The notes under the pieces were generated by a model. The model was not told the DNA's origin, made no database searches, and was given only the letters and a program-made list of their open reading frames with translations. From the IMG/VR virus record IMGVR_UViG_3300012286_000299, positions 109,277 through 173,276 of that record: a stretch of 64,000 bases of DNA; one strand, written 5' to 3'. Shown here one piece after another: positions 28,181-38,608 of this stretch (its first letter is position 1; each line of letters starts with the position of its first letter). This stretch comes from a virus. Its lineage: Duplodnaviria > Heunggongvirae > Uroviricota > Caudoviricetes. A program made the translations under genes and the position numbers.

Positions 28181-29529
28181 TAAAATTTATAATATTTGAT
28201 TTAGATGGTGTTTTAGTAGAAGCCAAAAATATTCATTTTGAAGCTTTAAATGAAGCTTTAGGAAAAAAATATGAAATATCTTGGAATGAACATTTAAGTA
28301 AATATGATGGTTTAAAAACAAATCAAAAACTTGAAATGTTAACTCAAGATAAAGGGTTACCTGTTGCATTATATAAACAAGTTTGGGATGAAAAACAACG
28401 ATTAACTTTACATAAGTTAAAAAACTTACAACCTGATACTCAATTAATGGTTTGTATGGATTCATTAGTACAACAAGGTTATAAATTAGCAGTATGTTCA
28501 AATAGTATACGTAAAACTGTATTAACAGTGTTATCTAAATTAAATATAATTGAAAATTTTGATTTAATATTATCTAATGAAGACGTAAAGAATAGTAAAC
28601 CTCATCCTGAGATTTATTGGAAAGCCATATCACAAATGGGTTTTTTACCTGAGGAAACACTTATTGTTGAGGATTCACCTTATGGTTTACTAGCCGCAAG
28701 CAGGAGTAAAGCTTCTGTAATGAGAGTTGGATCCCCAAAAGATATTTCGTATAATAACATTTATAAATACTTAAACCAAGAAAAAATGAATTTAACACCT
28801 AAATGGAAAGATGACAAATTAAATGTTTTAATTCCTATGGCTGGAGCTGGTTCACGTTTTGAACAAGCAGGTTATACTTTTCCTAAACCTCTAATAGAAG
28901 TAAAAGGTAAACCAATGATCCAAGTTGTAGTTGAAAACTTAAACTTAGAAGCAAATTATATTTATGTAGTACAAAAAGCTCATAGACAAAAATATAACTT
29001 AGATACATTATTAAATCTAATTACACCAGGATGTAAAATTGTAGAGACTGATGGGTTAACTGAAGGAGCAGCATGTACTGCTTTATTAGCTAAAGAATTT
29101 ATAGACAACAATGCTCCATTGTTTTTTGCTAATTCAGATCAATTTGTAGAATGGGACTCAAATGAATTTATGTATAAAATGAATGAAACTAACGCTGATG
29201 GTGGTATTGTTTCATTTACTGCTACTCACCCTAAATGGTCATTTGCTAAAGTTGATGAAAACGGATTAGTAACTAAAGTTGCTGAGAAAAATCCTATTTC
29301 AGATATAGCAACTGTAGGATATTACTACTGGAAACATGGTTCAGATTTTGTTAAATATGCTGAGCAAATGATTGAAAAAAATATAAGAGTAAATAATGAA
29401 TTCTATGTATGTCCTGTATTTAATCAAGCAATTGAAGATTGTAAACAAATCCGAACTTTTAACACTAATGGAATGTGGGGTCTTGGAACACCTGAAGATT
29501 TAAATTATTATTTAGAACATTATGTATAA
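28177..29529 (+). CDS. bifunctional HAD phosphatase/mutase-like plus sugar-phosphate nucleotidyltransferase
   Basis: N-terminal IIFDLDGVLVEA (DxDG) ... VCSNS ... VEDSPYG. C-terminal LIPMAGAGSRF...KPLIEVKGKPMI. Confidence 0.8.
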   Translation: MIKFIIFDLDGVLVEAKNIHFEALNEALGKKYEISWNEHLSKYDGLKTNQKLEMLTQDKGLPVALYKQVWDEKQRLTLHKLKNLQPDTQLMVCMDSLVQQGYKLAVCSNSIRKTVLTVLSKLNIIENFDLILSNEDVKNSKPHPEIYWKAISQMGFLPEETLIVEDSPYGLLAASRSKASVMRVGSPKDISYNNIYKYLNQEKMNLTPKWKDDKLNVLIPMAGAGSRFEQAGYTFPKPLIEVKGKPMIQVVVENLNLEANYIYVVQKAHRQKYNLDTLLNLITPGCKIVETDGLTEGAACTALLAKEFIDNNAPLFFANSDQFVEWDSNEFMYKMNETNADGGIVSFTATHPKWSFAKVDENGLVTKVAEKNPISDIATVGYYYWKHGSDFVKYAEQMIEKNIRVNNEFYVCPVFNQAIEDCKQIRTFNTNGMWGLGTPEDLNYYLEHYV

Positions 29530-30322
29530 ATTACATATAGTAATACCTATTGGAGTAAGTTCACCTGGGACTCCAGTACCTGAATTTTTATTAAATGGTA
29601 TAGAAAGTTTAAAAGAACAAACATTAGATGATATTCTAATTACAGTAGCAGCTGACGAAAATATATCAGATGAATGTAAACAAGTATTAAAAGATACAGG
29701 TGTAAATGTTGAATGGTTTCCTGAGTATTCTTATTTTACTAAAGAAGGAATTTGGGGTAAAATATTTAAATGTTGGGAAAATTATGATTCACAATATGTT
29801 TCATTTCTTCATTATGATGATCTTTGGGAAAGTAATAAAGCTTTAAATCAAATTAATTTTATTGAAAAAAACAATTTAGATGGTTGTTGGTCCCAAGTAT
29901 ATCTTATAAATGATAATAATGAAATTACTAGTGGAGATAGTATGCAAATTAGTAAATTATCTGCTAATTCTGTAGGATATTTAATTCCATGGATGTGTCA
30001 TTCTACTATTATAAAAAAAGATACCATATTAAACTGTGGAATATTAGAATATAGAGAAAAATGGAATTGTGATTTTGAATGGTTATATACTGTATTTTTA
30101 CATAAAATTAAAAACCTAATGAAATGTGAGGATGCTATATTTTTATGGAGACAACATGAAAGTCAAGTATCACACGCTCAAGGGATTAATATGAAAGAAG
30201 ATAATAATCATGTTAAAGAACAAAGAGAACTTGTAGGTTATTCGTTTGATGAAACCATGGAAGATTCTCGTTATGTGATGGAAAATATAAATTTAGAGGA
30301 GATTAAAAAACTATACAAATAA
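29522..30322 (+). CDS. GT-A (family 2-like) glycosyltransferase
   Basis: LHIVIPIG...ESLKEQT...ILITVAADE...FLHYDDLW. Confidence 0.65.
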   Translation: MYKLHIVIPIGVSSPGTPVPEFLLNGIESLKEQTLDDILITVAADENISDECKQVLKDTGVNVEWFPEYSYFTKEGIWGKIFKCWENYDSQYVSFLHYDDLWESNKALNQINFIEKNNLDGCWSQVYLINDNNEITSGDSMQISKLSANSVGYLIPWMCHSTIIKKDTILNCGILEYREKWNCDFEWLYTVFLHKIKNLMKCEDAIFLWRQHESQVSHAQGINMKEDNNHVKEQRELVGYSFDETMEDSRYVMENINLEEIKKLYK

Positions 30323-30324
30323 AA

Positions 30325-31011
30325 ATGGAAAATTTAAATCAATATGTAAATATGCTTAATGAAGCATACAAAATGGGAACAAATAACCACCCAGAACACA
30401 ATTCAAATCCTAATTATTGGGGCTTACTTTTAAATAGTATTAAATCAAATCCTGAAAACTGGGATGGGAAAAAAGCACTTGATTTTGGGTGTGGTAAAGG
30501 AAGAAATGTAACTAATATGTTATCTTTAGCTAATTTTGAAAGAGTAGATGGTATAGATGTTAGTGAAGATAATGTTAGATACTGTAAAGAAATATACACT
30601 AATCAACCTTCTGACTTTTATAAAAATTCAGGGGAAGATTTATCTGATTTAAATGATAATGAATATGATTTTGTAATGAGTACTATTGTATTCCAACATA
30701 TTTGTGTACATGAATTAAGATATAAATTAAAAGAAGAAATATATAGAGTATTAAAACCTGGAGGAGAATTTTCATTCCAAATGGGATTTGGACCTATAGA
30801 TTGGAGTGGTAATACAAAACAGAGAACTTACTTTGAAAATGGGTATAACGCTGAAAATTCTAATGGAAGTAATGATGTTCGAGTATCAGACCCACAAGAT
30901 TTAGTTAATGATTTAAGTAAAATTGGTTTTAAAGATATTACTTATTCTGTTGAAGAGCCTTGGGAAGATGGAGGTCATCCTAATTGGATTTATGTAAAAT
31001 GTTTTAAATAA
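30325..31011 (+). CDS. SAM-dependent methyltransferase
   Basis: Motif I ALDFGCGKGRN, then LKPGGEF. Confidence 0.8.
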   Translation: MENLNQYVNMLNEAYKMGTNNHPEHNSNPNYWGLLLNSIKSNPENWDGKKALDFGCGKGRNVTNMLSLANFERVDGIDVSEDNVRYCKEIYTNQPSDFYKNSGEDLSDLNDNEYDFVMSTIVFQHICVHELRYKLKEEIYRVLKPGGEFSFQMGFGPIDWSGNTKQRTYFENGYNAENSNGSNDVRVSDPQDLVNDLSKIGFKDITYSVEEPWEDGGHPNWIYVKCFK

Positions 31012-31871
31012 TGAACACTTGTATATTTACAACTCATACCACTTTAAATTTAAAACATGCTGAATACAGTTTGAAGTCCCTATTGGGGCTTCAAAGTGTT
31101 GATGTGATATGGGATAATTTTATAATTTATAATACTCATGATCATGAATTGAGTAACTATGATTTAGTAAATTTAATTAAACAATTTGATGTTAAGAATT
31201 ATATTAAAAACCTTTTAATATTTCCTTATGATTCTGAAATAAATAAAAAAAATTTATTACAAGATATAAGAAATTGGTATGATATAGGATTATCATTAGA
31301 ATTACAAAACACACCAGGTAAAATGTTATGGTTAAAATCAGACTATTGTGTTTCTAATAATTTCAACCAAATATTCTTAGAACATAGTCTTAATAATTGT
31401 ATGTGGTCATTACCTACATTAGGGGCTAAACAAAAAATTAGTTATGACACTATATTAACTAAACTTAATTTACCTGAGTTTACTACATCAGATTTTGAAA
31501 CATATTATAGGGGAGGAGATAATCCTAATAATGAATTATCTAATGAAGAAATATCACCTAATGGAGAAATGGATTATCATCCATCTATAAATTATGTTTC
31601 TCATAATTACGTTCATGATTTTAACTTACATGTTATATCTAATGATACTTTAGAATTAGGTAGAGAATTAGCTTATCATCCTCAAGTATTCGATATGAAT
31701 TCAACATGGGGTGGTCCCCATAATTTATTTTATGGTTTGAAACAAAATGGAGTGTATTTTAGTGGTGAATATAGAGCTTATGGTATCCATATGTTTCATG
31801 AAATAATTTCTGAAAATAGGTTGGAAGACAGAGGAGATGATCGTAAATTACATATAGGAGAAAAATATTAA
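31011..31871 (+). CDS. hypothetical protein of the glycosylation island
   Basis: ORF track; TAATG coupling; no motif recognised. Confidence 0.6.
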   Translation: MNTCIFTTHTTLNLKHAEYSLKSLLGLQSVDVIWDNFIIYNTHDHELSNYDLVNLIKQFDVKNYIKNLLIFPYDSEINKKNLLQDIRNWYDIGLSLELQNTPGKMLWLKSDYCVSNNFNQIFLEHSLNNCMWSLPTLGAKQKISYDTILTKLNLPEFTTSDFETYYRGGDNPNNELSNEEISPNGEMDYHPSINYVSHNYVHDFNLHVISNDTLELGRELAYHPQVFDMNSTWGGPHNLFYGLKQNGVYFSGEYRAYGIHMFHEIISENRLEDRGDDRKLHIGEKY

Positions 31872-31877
31872 AAAATT

Positions 31878-32312
31878 ATGATACTAATTTCACATAGAGG
31901 GAATACAAACGGGAAGTTTGAATCCTATGAAAATGAACCTAATTACATTGATAAAGCCATATCAGAAGGATATGATGTTGAAATTGATATTTGGTGTATT
32001 GAAGGTCTTTTATTATTAGGACATGATAAACCACAATACGGTATAACACAACATTGGTTAAATGAACGACATGATAAATTATGGATACATTGTAAAAATG
32101 TAGAAGCTGTAGAATGGTTTAACATGATTAAAGGGTTTAATTATTTTTGGCATGAAGAAGATACAGTAACATTGACATCACATGGATTTATTTGGGCTTA
32201 CCCAGGTAAACAACCTATAAAAAATTCAATAGCAGTATTACCTGAAAAATACAATGATAATTTAAATCAATGTATAGGAATATGCTCCGATTATTTAAAA
32301 AATTATAAATAA
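31878..32312 (+). CDS. glycerophosphodiester phosphodiesterase (GDPD)-like
   Basis: ISHRGN...ENEPNYIDKAISEGYDVEIDIW follows the HRG..EN..E.D pattern. Confidence 0.6.
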   Translation: MILISHRGNTNGKFESYENEPNYIDKAISEGYDVEIDIWCIEGLLLLGHDKPQYGITQHWLNERHDKLWIHCKNVEAVEWFNMIKGFNYFWHEEDTVTLTSHGFIWAYPGKQPIKNSIAVLPEKYNDNLNQCIGICSDYLKNYK

Positions 32313-32908
32313 TGAAAAACAGAGTTATTTTAGGAGGACCTTTAAGAGGAAATATAAATAACTGGAATAAATTACAAGAATTATTCTCATTATTATCAGC
32401 TGAGGTATACGTGTCATCTTATACAAAATGGGAAAATGTTCCTTTTGAATATCATTATACTCAAACAAAACCCTTTTTAGATTTAACATGTTTTTCTCAA
32501 GGACAACATGTTCACAATGCTAGATATAAAGAACAATGGGAATCATTATATACTTGTTATTCTACCTTTTCTCCATCATTTTCAGAAGATGATATAATCT
32601 TTAAATTAAGAAATGATATATGTTTAGAATCTTCATTAAATATATTATTAGAACTCCAAATAAAAGATAATTACATACACGCTCCCAATACTGAATTTCA
32701 TATGAATTGTCCATTTGATGTGAATGTAGTATGTAATGACCAATTTTATATTTCTAAAAAACCAGTAGCTGATAAGATCTTTAATCTTCCTTATAATTTT
32801 GTATTTGATTCTAATAAAGATTTAGGTATAGAAGCTATTTTACGGGATTATATGTCACAACAAAATATCAATTTAGAAACATTTGAATTTAAATACTCCC
32901 GAGTATGA
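32312..32908 (+). CDS. hypothetical protein of the glycosylation island
   Basis: ORF track; TAATG coupling. Confidence 0.6.
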   Translation: MKNRVILGGPLRGNINNWNKLQELFSLLSAEVYVSSYTKWENVPFEYHYTQTKPFLDLTCFSQGQHVHNARYKEQWESLYTCYSTFSPSFSEDDIIFKLRNDICLESSLNILLELQIKDNYIHAPNTEFHMNCPFDVNVVCNDQFYISKKPVADKIFNLPYNFVFDSNKDLGIEAILRDYMSQQNINLETFEFKYSRV

Positions 32909-33618
32909 AGTTAGCAATTTGCATAAGTGGTCAACCTAGAAATTTTGAACAAGGTTATGAAAGTTTAAAAACTTATTTTTTAGACAAATATGATTGTGAT
33001 ATTTACTTTCATACTTGGAAAATTGATAGTTTTGAATCAACTAATTTTGGTTTTGGTAATCATCAATATAGTTTTGATAGAAATGATTATTATAGTTTAA
33101 ACTTTTTATATCAACCCAAAAATCACATTTTAGAAAATCCTATTATATTTGATAGTAGTGGTTATAAATGTCCAATTTGGAGACAACCACTAAATAATAC
33201 ATTAAGTATGTTTTATTCTATTTATAGATCTTTTCAATTAATTGAAGGGAATTATGATTATATTATAAGAACTAGATTTGATGTAAATTACTCTAAATTT
33301 AATTTGGAGTTTCCAGAAAAAGGTATTATATTACCAGAATGGAATACTGATATTAGAGTTAAATCTAGGGGTTATTATGATGTATTTGCTTTGGGTAAAC
33401 CCGAAGATATGAAAATATATTCACAAGTATTTTCAAATATTATATCTTATGTAACTAATGATGAAGATTTTCTTAACTTCTTAACAGGAGGTTGGCCTGG
33501 ACAAGACTCACCATTAAGAAATGAGTATTTATTAAAATGGCATTTATTAAAAAATAATATAAAAGTAAAAGAATTACCTACATTAGAAATAAAAGCTGAT
33601 GTTGGTTTAATAAGATAA
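32905..33618 (+). CDS. hypothetical protein of the glycosylation island (possible transferase)
   Basis: ORF track. The N-terminus MKLAICISGQPRN loosely echoes ORF 32312 (ILGGPLRGN). Confidence 0.6.
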   Translation: MKLAICISGQPRNFEQGYESLKTYFLDKYDCDIYFHTWKIDSFESTNFGFGNHQYSFDRNDYYSLNFLYQPKNHILENPIIFDSSGYKCPIWRQPLNNTLSMFYSIYRSFQLIEGNYDYIIRTRFDVNYSKFNLEFPEKGIILPEWNTDIRVKSRGYYDVFALGKPEDMKIYSQVFSNIISYVTNDEDFLNFLTGGWPGQDSPLRNEYLLKWHLLKNNIKVKELPTLEIKADVGLIR

Positions 33619-33619
33619 T

Positions 33620-34534
33620 ATGAAAGGAGTCATAACTATATTTGCATTACCCCAAGAATTAGAAGATTTATCTTTAACATTATATAACCTAAAAAGAAAT
33701 TCAGTTTATTTAGACCCACAAGACAAATATTCAGTAGACATAACATTATGTTTATCAGATGAATTAACAGATTGGAACAGTTCTATATTACCTAAAGATT
33801 ATATTGAACAACGAACTATTGAATTATGTAAAAAGTTTTTAGATTGGTGTGAATATGATTTAAATATTGAAAAAGGAGATAATATATTAGGATGTGTTTC
33901 TCAAAGACGATATAGTTTAAATAAACATCAAGATGCTGATTTTTTTATTTGGTTAGATTGTGATTTTATATTTAAAGATTCAACATTATCCTATATGGCT
34001 ACTGCATATCAAAATATAAAAGATATAGGAACTAATAATTTTATTCTAACCCCTCAATTTGTAAGACAATGGGACACTTCATGGGATGTATTAGTTAATG
34101 AAAAATTTATAAATCACCCTATATGTTACCACGAATCAGCAGATGTTTATATTGATACCCTTCCACAAAATGATGAAATACAAGTTAAACAAATCAATAA
34201 CATTAAATTTGCAGGTGGGTGGTTCACATTAATAACAGGTAAATTATTACAAGAAATAACTATCCCTGAATCTTTAGGCCATTATGGTTTAGAAGATAAT
34301 TTTGTTATTGAGTGTTCTAAAATACTACAACATAAAGGTGTAAATATATCTCAATTTATATTAGACGGACTTGTTATAGGTGAAAGTTATACTCATAGAC
34401 CAAATCAAACTATTAAAAATTTTATTACAAGTAAAAATAGAAAACAAGAATTTACTCAAATAGCACAAGATAATTTTCCAATTGAATTAAATAAATTTTA
34501 TGAAAGAAGTAACAGTAGTATTAACAGCCTGTAA
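33620..34534 (+). CDS. GT-A-like glycosyltransferase (tentative)
   Basis: FIWLDCDFIF DxD-type motif; context. Confidence 0.5.
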   Translation: MKGVITIFALPQELEDLSLTLYNLKRNSVYLDPQDKYSVDITLCLSDELTDWNSSILPKDYIEQRTIELCKKFLDWCEYDLNIEKGDNILGCVSQRRYSLNKHQDADFFIWLDCDFIFKDSTLSYMATAYQNIKDIGTNNFILTPQFVRQWDTSWDVLVNEKFINHPICYHESADVYIDTLPQNDEIQVKQINNIKFAGGWFTLITGKLLQEITIPESLGHYGLEDNFVIECSKILQHKGVNISQFILDGLVIGESYTHRPNQTIKNFITSKNRKQEFTQIAQDNFPIELNKFYERSNSSINSL

Positions 34535-35189
34535 TAGGGCAGATTTATTAGAACGAACTTTAGATAGTTTTTTCGAAATGAACACTTATCCTCTTAAACG
34601 TTTTATTATCATTGATGATGGGATGAATTTTGGATGTAATGATTTTGTTAAAGATAAATATGATTTTCCTATTGAATTAATTTATAATGATCCTAAATTA
34701 TATCAAATTAAATCTATTGATTATGCCTATTCTTTAGTTGATACTGAATATATATTTCATATGGAAGAGGATTGGTTATTTCTTAAATCAGGTTTTATTG
34801 AAGATTCAATAGAAATATTAGAACAAGATCCTAACATAGTTCAAGTATGGTTAAGAGGTTTAGATGATAAAACTTTAAATCACCCTTATTCTCCTGATTT
34901 ATATTCTAGTGGTGATAAAAAATTAGTAATGAATTTACCTAATGGAGTATGGGGTGGAATTAGTTTTAACCCGGGATTAAATAGATTAAGTGATTGGAAA
35001 TCATTTGCTAATGGTTATGATGGATGTACTAGATTAACTCCTCCAGAAAACAGTGGTGGTGTAACACTTGAATGTGATATATCATATGAAAACATTCAAC
35101 GAGGTAAAATCACTATGAGATTTGTAGAATCATACATAGAACATATAGGATGGGATAGACATATAATACACGGAATAAATGGAGAATAA
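34500..35189 (+). CDS. GT-A (family 2-like) glycosyltransferase
   Basis: VTVVLTACNRADLLERTLDSF...FIIIDDG...HMEEDW. Confidence 0.7.
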   Translation: MKEVTVVLTACNRADLLERTLDSFFEMNTYPLKRFIIIDDGMNFGCNDFVKDKYDFPIELIYNDPKLYQIKSIDYAYSLVDTEYIFHMEEDWLFLKSGFIEDSIEILEQDPNIVQVWLRGLDDKTLNHPYSPDLYSSGDKKLVMNLPNGVWGGISFNPGLNRLSDWKSFANGYDGCTRLTPPENSGGVTLECDISYENIQRGKITMRFVESYIEHIGWDRHIIHGINGE

Positions 35190-36384
35190 ATTTAATATAA
35201 GCAATATATCAGTTGTTGTACCAAGTTACAATAATTTAGAATACCTTAAATCTTTATATAAATCAGTTAGACAAGTTTCATCTGAAATTGAATTAATAAT
35301 GTTTAGTGATGGTTCAACTGATGGGACTAAAGAATGGTTAGAACAATTAAATGATTCTAATTCAATAATAAAATGTTATAATGAAAGAAAGGGACATACC
35401 TTATTATATGATGAAGGATTTTTATTAGCAACTAAAGAAATCATAGGTATATTACATGCTGATATGATTGTAAATAAGAATTTCTTTAATTCTATTATAA
35501 AACATATTGCTACTAATAATATAGTTTGTGGAACGTGTATAGAACCACCTTTACACCCACCTGGAGGAGAAAAACATATATTAGATCTTGGAATGTATCC
35601 TAATGAATTCAATGAGGATAAATTTAATAGTTTTTGTAATGATAAAGATGTAAATCAAATATCCGAAGGTATATTTGCTCCTTGGTTTTTACTTAAAGAT
35701 GATTATATATCAAAAATAGGTAAACATGATATTATATATGCTCCTTATGGATACGAAGATAGTGATCTATTTACTAGAATGGCTTTAGCTAATTTTAATT
35801 TTATACAAAGTAGAGATGCTTTTGTATATCATTTTACTCAAAGAGGTCATAAATGGACTAAAGGAGTAGGGATAGAAAATAATGATTATCAGTATCAAAT
35901 GGGTAAAACTCGAAAAGAATATATTAGAAAGTTTGGGAGTGATCCTAAATTTGATTTTAATCATAAACCTACCCCTTCACCTAAATATAATATTGCTTAT
36001 GTAGTTAAACATGCAAACATGCAAATAGTAGAAGTATTAGAACCTTGGTGTGATAGACTTTATATTGAAGACAGTATGCAAGTGATTACAGATTCTTATA
36101 GAGAAAAAGAACAACTAAATACCAAGTTTGATTTATCAAAAAGAGTTCTTACATTGGAGTATAATGATCCAAAAGGAGAGAATGACATCGTAGTAGAATT
36201 TGATGCAAAACAATTTACAAATGCCGATTTTGCTTTCTTACAAAGACTTCCTGAGATTATAAAAGATAATGGAGATATAGGTGAATTTGAATTTGATATA
36301 TTTAAAATAACTATCAATTCAATGACTGAATACCAAAATGATTTAATTTATTTTGATAAAAATAATATTTATATTAAAACATAA
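35179..36384 (+). CDS. family 2 glycosyltransferase
   Basis: ISVVVPSYNNLEYLKSLYKSV...FSDGSTDGT...HADMIV. Confidence 0.85.
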   Translation: MENKFNISNISVVVPSYNNLEYLKSLYKSVRQVSSEIELIMFSDGSTDGTKEWLEQLNDSNSIIKCYNERKGHTLLYDEGFLLATKEIIGILHADMIVNKNFFNSIIKHIATNNIVCGTCIEPPLHPPGGEKHILDLGMYPNEFNEDKFNSFCNDKDVNQISEGIFAPWFLLKDDYISKIGKHDIIYAPYGYEDSDLFTRMALANFNFIQSRDAFVYHFTQRGHKWTKGVGIENNDYQYQMGKTRKEYIRKFGSDPKFDFNHKPTPSPKYNIAYVVKHANMQIVEVLEPWCDRLYIEDSMQVITDSYREKEQLNTKFDLSKRVLTLEYNDPKGENDIVVEFDAKQFTNADFAFLQRLPEIIKDNGDIGEFEFDIFKITINSMTEYQNDLIYFDKNNIYIKT

Positions 36385-36387
36385 ATT

Positions 36388-36834
36388 ATGGAATTTAAAT
36401 TACGAGATTTTTTCTTAAATGAAGAACTTCTTAGAGAAGAAGGTGAACTAAATTATGAAGCCACTTTAGGAGGTGAAAAATTTAGAGTGGTAGTTGATGT
36501 AAATAAAAACCCAACTAAAAAAGGTATCAAGGTTAAATTTTTCCCTGTTAATGAACAAGGAATGGTCCTTAGTAACTTAACACCTGAAGAAATAGATACA
36601 TTACAAAATAGTATTGCAACTGCAGTAACATCAAAATTTACTGATTATGGTTTAGAATTTGATAGAGATACAGATGCCCCTGATAGACAAGCAGCTAATT
36701 TCCAAATCCCATTAGATTCAGTATTTGCTTTTATTAGAGATACAATATTAGGAGGAGGCGAAGAATCAAGTATGGAAACACAACCTACTGAAGTTCCAAA
36801 TGAAATAGGTTATGATGAAGAAGAAAACGCCTAA
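36388..36834 (+). CDS. hypothetical acidic protein
   Basis: ORF track. Confidence 0.6.
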   Translation: MEFKLRDFFLNEELLREEGELNYEATLGGEKFRVVVDVNKNPTKKGIKVKFFPVNEQGMVLSNLTPEEIDTLQNSIATAVTSKFTDYGLEFDRDTDAPDRQAANFQIPLDSVFAFIRDTILGGGEESSMETQPTEVPNEIGYDEEENA

Positions 36835-37135
36835 TTTAATTTTAACAAGCTATAGTTTAAGAGGGGTACTAGATACCCTTTTTAATACTGAAATTCAAAA
36901 TGTTTTATATAATGAAACTTTTGAAAGTATTAAAACTGCTTTACAAACTAAAAAACGAGAATGTGTTGTATGTAACATTGGGCAATTAGAAACAACTATA
37001 ACACTTTCTAAATCCAATTGGGAACCTGCTTTAAAATCAATATTAGACTTTTATGTTAAAATAGAAGATTATGATAAATGTTCTCAAATTAACAAATTAA
37101 TACAAGAATTAAATGGAGAAGGAAGTAAAAAGTAA
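36812..37135 (+). CDS. hypothetical protein with a UVR-like C-terminal motif
   Basis: EDYDKCSQINKLIQEL. Paralogous tails occur in ORFs 38609 and 53629. Confidence 0.55.
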   Translation: MMKKKTPNLILTSYSLRGVLDTLFNTEIQNVLYNETFESIKTALQTKKRECVVCNIGQLETTITLSKSNWEPALKSILDFYVKIEDYDKCSQINKLIQELNGEGSKK

Positions 37136-37532
37136 TCTTGAAGAGGGATTTAATAAACTTTTCAACACTACAGTTAATATTAAGAGACAAAAAAAGGATA
37201 AAGAATTAAGAAAAAAAACATTATTCATATCTCTTATTAAACAATATGAAGATGTTATATCTAATTCATTTAAATTATTTGAAGGTTTTGGAATTGATTT
37301 AAAAGATTATGAAGATAATTATCATCAAATCATAGATAAAGTGCTCTTACTAAGTTGGGGTGCTGATGTATATGAAATAATTAATTATTATTTATATGAT
37401 CGTTTCGCTATGGATGGATTACCTAATTGCATTATAGAAGAAGTAGAAGGTGTAGAACAAGAGGTATTTTTAAGTAACCCTGAAGAATTGTATAACTACT
37501 TAGTAAATATAAATCCGAATTTTTTAAAATAA
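37113..37532 (+). CDS. hypothetical protein
   Basis: ORF track. Confidence 0.55.
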   Translation: MEKEVKSNLEEGFNKLFNTTVNIKRQKKDKELRKKTLFISLIKQYEDVISNSFKLFEGFGIDLKDYEDNYHQIIDKVLLLSWGADVYEIINYYLYDRFAMDGLPNCIIEEVEGVEQEVFLSNPEELYNYLVNINPNFLK

Positions 37533-37535
37533 GTT

Positions 37536-38192
37536 ATGGGAACTAGAGGTAAAGCCCCTAAAATTTACTCTAAGGAAGATTTGTTACGTTCAATGAAGGT
37601 TACTAAGAGTATCAGAGCAGCTGCTCGATACTTAAACTGTTCATATCAACATATTAAACCTTATTTTAAATCATATCGAGTTGATGACAACGATCCCAAC
37701 TCGCCTACATTATTTGATGTTCATAAAAATCAATTAGGTAAAGGTATTCCTAAATTCCTAAAACATCATGGTAAAGACCCGGATTTACAGAAAATACTAA
37801 CAGGAGAGTTATACACTGAATCATTTAGTATAGACAAATTCAAACGTCGTTTAATTCAGGAAGCTATATTAGCTGAAGAATGTGTTTGTTGTGGATTTAA
37901 AGAACAACGTGTATCAGATTATAGAGTACCCTTATTAATTAATTTTAAAAATGGGAATAAACGAGATTGGAAACGAGAAAATTTAGAATTTCTTTGTTAT
38001 AACTGTTACTTCTTAACAATTGGAGATGTGTTTACTAAAAAACAAACACAGGATATTGAAGATTATAATGAGGGGTATAAAGCAAATCAGGTAACTTGGG
38101 AATTAGATGAATATGCTGAAGAGCATTTCCGTTCACTAGGGTTAATTGATACTCCAAATGAAGAAGATGACTTTGTTTCTTATAATAGATAA
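37536..38192 (+). CDS. HNH-type homing endonuclease-like protein with an N-terminal HTH
   Basis: SIRAAARYLNCSYQHI, then CVCCG...PLLINFKNGNKRDWKRENLEFLCYNCY (a degenerate HNH/zinc pattern). Confidence 0.55.
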   Translation: MGTRGKAPKIYSKEDLLRSMKVTKSIRAAARYLNCSYQHIKPYFKSYRVDDNDPNSPTLFDVHKNQLGKGIPKFLKHHGKDPDLQKILTGELYTESFSIDKFKRRLIQEAILAEECVCCGFKEQRVSDYRVPLLINFKNGNKRDWKRENLEFLCYNCYFLTIGDVFTKKQTQDIEDYNEGYKANQVTWELDEYAEEHFRSLGLIDTPNEEDDFVSYNR

Positions 38193-38194
38193 GT

Positions 38195-38225
38195 TTGGAA
38201 ATTTAAAATTTTCTTCGTATATTAT
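38195..38225 (+). promoter_or_regulatory. promoter, TTG-N20-TATATTAT
   Basis: TTG at 38195-38197 and a TTCGTATATT core. Precedes ORF 38243. Confidence 0.65.
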
Positions 38226-38242
38226 AAGGTAAATCAAAAATT

Positions 38243-38608
38243 ATGAAAGTAGAAAATAGAGGTAGACAAGCCATAAATGATACTGTTATAAAACAATATA
38301 CTCAAGTATTTAAAGACCACAAAGGTGAAATAACTACTTGGGAATGGGACAAAAACATTCACGCAAATGGTCCTATTAGTGTTACTATTAAAGATCCCTT
38401 CTGGAGTGTTTTTGATAAAAAAGAAAAACAATTAGCTGATCTCTTAGATAGATACGAACCCAAAGGTAACGAGCGCAAACCACGTATTACAAAAGCTGAT
38501 AAAGAATTAATGGAGCAACTAGAATCCGAAATAAATGAAATCTGGTATGACTCATTCCCTGAAGATAGACCCAAAACTAGAAAACCAAGAACACCTAAAA
38601 ACAAATAA
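38243..38608 (+). CDS. hypothetical basic protein
   Basis: ORF track. Confidence 0.6.
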   Translation: MKVENRGRQAINDTVIKQYTQVFKDHKGEITTWEWDKNIHANGPISVTIKDPFWSVFDKKEKQLADLLDRYEPKGNERKPRITKADKELMEQLESEINEIWYDSFPEDRPKTRKPRTPKNK

